64,000 nucleotides of DNA, from the NCBI GenBank assembly GCA_964558665.1, contig CAZLFA010000003.1, forward strand, positions 22,952-86,951. Direction: 5' to 3'. A program made the translations under genes and the position numbers. This DNA is from an uncultured Syntrophaceae bacterium (GTDB lineage: Bacteria > Desulfobacterota > Syntrophia > Syntrophales > PHBD01). Under the pieces are notes generated by a model. That model was not told where the DNA came from and did not search any database. It saw only the letters and a list, made by a program, of their open reading frames with translations. This document shows, piece after piece, positions 60,327-64,000 of this stretch (its first letter is position 1; each line of letters opens with the position of its first letter).

Positions 60327-61220
60327 ATGAAAGCTGTCAGGATAATATCGGTTTTATTGTTTTTATGTTCGGCGGCGGCAAATGGTGCTTATGCGGCCAG
60401 CGTGTGCGTGTGTTCCGGTACAGGAAACTACTGTGAAGATACCGTTACCGGCAAGGTCACTTTCCCTTGCCCCTCCTGCGACGCTGCCTGCGGAGGATCC
60501 GGCAACACCATTTCCGCAGGTTCCTCCAGTGCCGCTACGCGGCCTTTAGATACCCAGGGCTTGAAATACAACTTTATTCCCCAGAACGAGAGAGGTTTCC
60601 CTGAATATTTTAATATTCCATTCCAGAACAATGAAGAGCTGAAAAAGAAATTCCGTGAAGCCCAGGAAGAGAGGCTTCGTGTTCTTTTGGCTCTGCTCAA
60701 GGCACAGCAGCAAGCAAAAGAGGAGGGCTGGGATGAAGCGGAATTAAGGGAATTGAAAGACATGATAAAAGATGCAGAAGCCAAGGCGAAGCAGTCATTT
60801 GATGACTGGAAAAAAGACCAGGAAAAAGAAAGACAGCAACGCGAAGCGATGGAGCAAATGCAAAAGAAACAGGAGGCATTACAAGCCGCATACCTCAAAA
60901 AGGAACAAGAAGAGAAAAAAGCCAGAGAGGAAGAGGAATTTGAGCGAAGAGAGAAGGAGCGGCTTGAGAGAAGTCAGCGGGAGGCAAAGGAGAAACGTGA
61001 GGCAATTAAGCAGAAGGCAGAATTGTTGAAAAAGACCGGAGAAACAGAGAAAGAATATTGGGATCGGAAAACAAGAGAGCATGCGGCTGCTAACCAAAAG
61101 GCAAAAGAGGAAATGCTGAAGGGACTCATGGAACGTGCAAAAAATTACCAGGCGCAAGACAAGAATCTATCGTCCAAAGACGCCCTTAATAAGGCATTAA
61201 AAGATATCAATCAGGAATGA
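60327..61220 (+). CDS. secreted protein: Cys-rich N-terminal module + long Lys/Glu-rich coiled coil, function unknown
   Basis: The start is placed at the ATG at 60327 (MKAVRIISVLLFLCSAAANGAYA signal peptide). The next 30 aa contain 7 Cys (SVCVCSGTGNYCEDTVTGKVTFPCPSCDAAC). About 200 aa of KE-rich helix follow. No family recognised. Confidence 0.6.
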   Translation: MKAVRIISVLLFLCSAAANGAYAASVCVCSGTGNYCEDTVTGKVTFPCPSCDAACGGSGNTISAGSSSAATRPLDTQGLKYNFIPQNERGFPEYFNIPFQNNEELKKKFREAQEERLRVLLALLKAQQQAKEEGWDEAELRELKDMIKDAEAKAKQSFDDWKKDQEKERQQREAMEQMQKKQEALQAAYLKKEQEEKKAREEEEFERREKERLERSQREAKEKREAIKQKAELLKKTGETEKEYWDRKTREHAAANQKAKEEMLKGLMERAKNYQAQDKNLSSKDALNKALKDINQE

Positions 61221-61265
61221 TGATTACAAAGCAATCGAAGATTTCTTATAAGGAGTGAGAGAGAA

Positions 61266-62783
61266 ATGAAATACAGGATGCTGATCTTTACAATGTTGAT
61301 TCTCTGCATTTCCATCGTTGATGCATACGCCGAATTTTCCGCACAGGACCTGCTGGAGGTTGCCGATGATGCTTACAAAGCCCGGGAATACGGCAAATCC
61401 GCTACCTGCTACCAACTGATGCTTGTTCCCCTGGAAAAAGACAAAAGCCGGAACGCAGAGACCATATCCTACGTGCGTTATCGCCTGGGACGCGCCCAGA
61501 TTATGCAGGGCAGCCCGGACAAGGCCGTTGGCAATATAAAGGACTTCTATCAGAGGCATCCCGGCAATCCTTATGTAGTGCGCAATTACGCCCTGGCTCT
61601 TTATTATGACAAACAATACAGCCAGTCCATCCCTGTCTTCGAAAAGGCGGCTGCCCTGAAAAAGGAGTTTAAGCCTGAGGCGCTTTGCTATATCGGGTCG
61701 GCTAAGCTGGCATCCGGAAATATCGATGAAGGCAGAAAGGATCTGATAAAAGTCGGAGAGCTATCCCCTCAGTCAAACGAGGCAAAGATCGCGGGGGAAA
61801 TGCTGGCCATGATGGAAAAGACGCTTAAGGAAGTGGCGGGAATGGACAAACAGGCAGCGGTGACTGCCGTTCCCGGTCGTCCGACGAAAGAAAAACCCTG
61901 GGCCGTCTCTCTGACCATGGGTTTGGAATACGACACCAACGTGGGGCTTATCCCTTCCGAACAGACCCGTCCCTCAGACATATCTTCGACTAATGACTGG
62001 CGGGCTGTGTACAGCCTGGCCGGCGTCTATGAGTTCATCAATACGGGAAAACACTTTGCCGGCATGAACCTTGGTGTTTATGGTACCAATCAATTCAGAG
62101 ACAGTATGTTCGACGTGGAAAGCGGGGTTGCCAGTTTCTATTACAAGACTAACCTGACTGATACCCTCCAGTTCCGCATCAGCCCCTTTGCCTCCAAAAC
62201 ATGGCTGACCGGCGCTCCTCATAACTGGTCTTACGGAACATCGACGGGGGTTTCGTACCAGCCTGTTCAATGGACATGGACGGACCTGAACGGCAGCTTC
62301 TCCAAGGTGGAATTTACGGATAACCCGGAGTATCCGCAGGAGAACCGCAACAGCAAGAACTACAATGCCGCGATGAAACAGAACTTCCGCTTCGATTCGC
62401 TTCTGCTCAATAAAATGGTTACCTATTTCGGTGCCTGGGTTTTTTGTGGAAGGTCCAATTCGGAAGGAGCTTCATATTCCAACAACAACTGGGGAATGGG
62501 CGTCCAGACCCAGCAGGAATTCCCCTGGGATTTTACCATCCTCCTGAGTTACGGTTACGGGAGGTATGCCTACGAGAATGCAAACATAAGGAGCACCACG
62601 AACGACAAGCGGGACGACTCCAACCACACGGTTTCTGCCAACATATTCAAGAAACTCCCCATGATTCTCAAGAACCTTTCCGCCTATGCAGGCTGGCGCT
62701 GGTACAAGAACGACTCGAATATTCCGAGGTACTATTCCTACAGTTCCGGCACCTATTCCATGGGCGTTGTCCTCGATTTTTAA
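61266..62783 (+). CDS. outer-membrane protein: N-terminal TPR region + C-terminal beta-barrel (Slam/DUF560-like architecture)
   Basis: 505-aa ORF with RBS aaggag and signal peptide MKYRMLIFTMLILCISIVDAYA. About 170 aa of TPR-like helices follow (AYKAREYGKSATCYQLML, YALALYYDKQYSQSIPVFEKAA). Next come about 300 aa of alternating-polarity strands rich in Y/G/N (LTMGLEYDTNVG...), ending in the OMP-type terminal YSMGVVLDF. The DUF560 assignment rests on architecture only. Confidence 0.6.
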   Translation: MKYRMLIFTMLILCISIVDAYAEFSAQDLLEVADDAYKAREYGKSATCYQLMLVPLEKDKSRNAETISYVRYRLGRAQIMQGSPDKAVGNIKDFYQRHPGNPYVVRNYALALYYDKQYSQSIPVFEKAAALKKEFKPEALCYIGSAKLASGNIDEGRKDLIKVGELSPQSNEAKIAGEMLAMMEKTLKEVAGMDKQAAVTAVPGRPTKEKPWAVSLTMGLEYDTNVGLIPSEQTRPSDISSTNDWRAVYSLAGVYEFINTGKHFAGMNLGVYGTNQFRDSMFDVESGVASFYYKTNLTDTLQFRISPFASKTWLTGAPHNWSYGTSTGVSYQPVQWTWTDLNGSFSKVEFTDNPEYPQENRNSKNYNAAMKQNFRFDSLLLNKMVTYFGAWVFCGRSNSEGASYSNNNWGMGVQTQQEFPWDFTILLSYGYGRYAYENANIRSTTNDKRDDSNHTVSANIFKKLPMILKNLSAYAGWRWYKNDSNIPRYYSYSSGTYSMGVVLDF

Positions 62784-62913
62784 GCGTACTCAGAAGTGGA
62801 AGAGAGGAAGGAATCGGAGGCATTTTACCTTCCTTGTCATCAAGCATGTCAATATTTCGTCATTATCGAAGGCTTCATTGCGCAATAATGATCAACCACT
62901 ACCCAAATACAGC

Positions 62914-62941
62914 TTGACATAAATATCAATATTGATACTAT
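62914..62941 (+). promoter_or_regulatory. hicAB promoter with embedded palindromic operator
   Basis: TTGACA lies at 62914-62919 and TACTAT at 62936-62941, a 16-nt spacer. The perfect 14-bp palindrome tatcaat/attgata (62924-62937) sits in the spacer and overlaps the -10 box, as expected for autoregulation by the RHH domain of HicB. The hicA ATG lies at 62949. Confidence 0.5.
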
Positions 62942-62948
62942 ATCAGAC

Positions 62949-63209
62949 ATGGCTAAAATCGAAGATATTCTTGCTCAGATGAAAGATAATCCTGCAGACA
63001 TTCGGTTTACTAACTTGGTTAAAGTCTGTAATTATTATTTCGGTAAACCACGACACAAGGACGGAAGTCACCATGTATACAAAACACCGTGGACAGGAGA
63101 CCCGCGAATCAATATTCAAAATCATAGGGGAAAAGCCAAAGCATACCAGGTAAAGCAGGTACTGTTGGCTATTGAAAAAATGGAGGTTGAAGATGCCGCT
63201 AAAGAATGA
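62949..63209 (+). CDS. hicA: type II toxin HicA-family mRNA interferase
   Basis: 86-aa ORF. DGSHHVYKTPWTGDPRINIQNHRGKAKAYQVKQVLLAIEKM fits the HicA pattern (GSH..f..p......i.i..H.g..l....v..il). It overlaps the hicB start by 17 nt. Confidence 0.75.
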   Translation: MAKIEDILAQMKDNPADIRFTNLVKVCNYYFGKPRHKDGSHHVYKTPWTGDPRINIQNHRGKAKAYQVKQVLLAIEKMEVEDAAKE

Positions 63210-63522
63210 TCGATATACATATCGCGTAACCTGGTCTGAAGACGATCGGGAATATGTGGGCCTGTGCACTGAATTCCCAAGCTTGAGCTGGCTGGGCAAA
63301 ACACCTGAATCGGCATTGAAGGGTATTCGTGAAATTGTCGAAGGTGTCATCAAGGATATGAGACAAACCGGTGAAGAGATACCCCAACCTATTGCCTGCA
63401 AAAGATACAGCGGCAAATTCATGGTGCGTGTACCTCCGGAAGTACACAGAAGTCTTGCCATTCAGGCATCGGAATCAGGCGTAAGTCTAAACAGGATTGT
63501 TGGATCGAAGTTAAGCCGATAG
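63193..63522 (+). CDS. hicB: type II antitoxin HicB-family (RNase H-like N-domain + RHH C-terminus)
   Basis: The start is placed at the ATG at 63193. YTYRVTWSEDDREYVGLCTEFPSLSWLGKTPESALKGIREIVEGVIKDM..TGEEIPQP is the HicB N-domain. YSGKFMVRVPPEVHRSLAIQASESGVSLNRIVGSKL is the ribbon-helix-helix DNA-binding tail. Confidence 0.85.
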   Translation: MPLKNDRYTYRVTWSEDDREYVGLCTEFPSLSWLGKTPESALKGIREIVEGVIKDMRQTGEEIPQPIACKRYSGKFMVRVPPEVHRSLAIQASESGVSLNRIVGSKLSR

Positions 63523-63812
63523 CATGGGAAAGGATTGTTTTTTAATATTATTTTTACAAAGACATTTAAATCCCCGCTTTTTATCTGCTTACTATTTTTA
63601 CCCGTTTTTTGCCGGTTGTAATCTACATGTAACCGTTGGGTATTTATTGGGATGGAAAGCTGTAAAGGCTTCCTGAAGTCCTTATTTTTCAAGATGTAAA
63701 TTCTATGCTACAGTATAACCGGAAATCGTGATAGTGTCTTCGGAAAAAAGCAGAAAGAGATTTTAGAAAAGCTTTGTCGCAGCTTTGATCAAATCATAAG
63801 GGATGTAGTAAA

Positions 63813-64000
63813 ATGAAGAAAAAAGATGAAGATAATTCATTTGATGTTGACGAGGAGATAGAAAATGGAATTATCGTCGACAAAGTGAATGATATTTTTC
63901 GATCCCGCCCTGATGATTACATTGATGCTTTGGAACGTATTGGATTTAAATACTATGAGGAAGATGATGAAGAAGAAATAGAAGAAAGAAAAGCCAAACC
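63813..64000 (+). CDS. hypothetical acidic protein, 5' part (runs off the right edge)
   Basis: The frame is open from the ATG at 63813 to the window end: MKKKDEDNSFDVDEEIENGIIVDKVNDIFRSRPDDYIDALERIGFKYYEEDDEEEIEERKAK. No family recognised and the RBS is weak. Confidence 0.3.
   Translation, partial: MKKKDEDNSFDVDEEIENGIIVDKVNDIFRSRPDDYIDALERIGFKYYEEDDEEEIEERKAK

Noticed and set aside
62943-63461. 172-aa minus-strand ORF covering hicA and hicB.
   Set aside because: It is antisense to a recognisable HicA/HicB pair that has its own promoter and operator. No motif is present.
1-64000. Prophage, integron, IS element, CRISPR-Cas or classical defence island.
   Set aside because: I recognised no integrase, transposase, recombinase, Cas, restriction-modification or phage structural signatures in any frame. 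The only mobile-type features are the miniature repeats and hicAB.

Overview
This is a dense, chromosomal-looking 64-kb window with about 65 protein-coding genes on both strands. I recognised no rRNA, tRNA, CRISPR array, integrase or transposase by eye. The gene content suggests an anaerobic deltaproteobacterium of the Syntrophales/Desulfobacterales type, which is inference only. That content includes a glutaconate-type CoA-transferase, a 2-oxoacid:ferredoxin oxidoreductase, a class III PHA synthase, multi-PAS kinases and many small GTCATT...AATGAC palindromic repeats. Main blocks, left to right: (1) 0-5 kb holds a CoA-transferase fragment, hemerythrin, DUF192, TatA, and a stand-alone MgtE-type cytoplasmic module next to an Nramp permease with Mg2+-type (NRMT) site residues. 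(2) 5-12 kb holds an orphan molybdopterin oxidoreductase bracketed by inverted repeat copies, an MFS gene, glnS and queE-queD. (3) 12-27 kb is housekeeping or miscellaneous: an AsmA-like/GT51 fusion, a K+ channel, a TyrDC-like decarboxylase, PBP4, PolX, DUF721 and DUF1015. (4) 27.6-38.4 kb is a class III PHA locus: hybrid kinase, phaE, phaC with a Lys-rich tail, a GAF-only protein, phaJ, five tandem phasin-like paralogues, phaR and a DUF59-like gene. (5) 38.4-42.5 kb is a translationally coupled ArsA/Get3-like ATPase operon of unknown function downstream of cstA. (6) 42.8-50.3 kb holds a permease with an unknown partner, and an XRE-cupin regulator with a 2-oxoacid:ferredoxin oxidoreductase whose delta subunit is fused to a GltD-like flavoprotein. 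(7) 50.5-54.3 kb holds a secreted tandem chromo-barrel/Tudor-knot-like protein, a vWA-OmpA lipoprotein, panE and a NIL-ferredoxin. (8) 54.4-60 kb holds mtaB, rnc, a radical SAM gene and a 7TMR-DISM two-component pair. (9) 60.3-64 kb holds a secreted Cys-rich/KE-rich protein with a TPR + beta-barrel (Slam/DUF560-like architecture) protein, then hicAB. All functional calls come from motif recognition by eye, and no database search was run. The candidates I consider most worth follow-up are the MgtE-sensor/NRMT pair, the ArsA/Get3-like operon, the secreted chromo-barrel protein, the phasin-like array in the PHA locus, the AsmA-like/GT51 fusion and the TPR-barrel pair.
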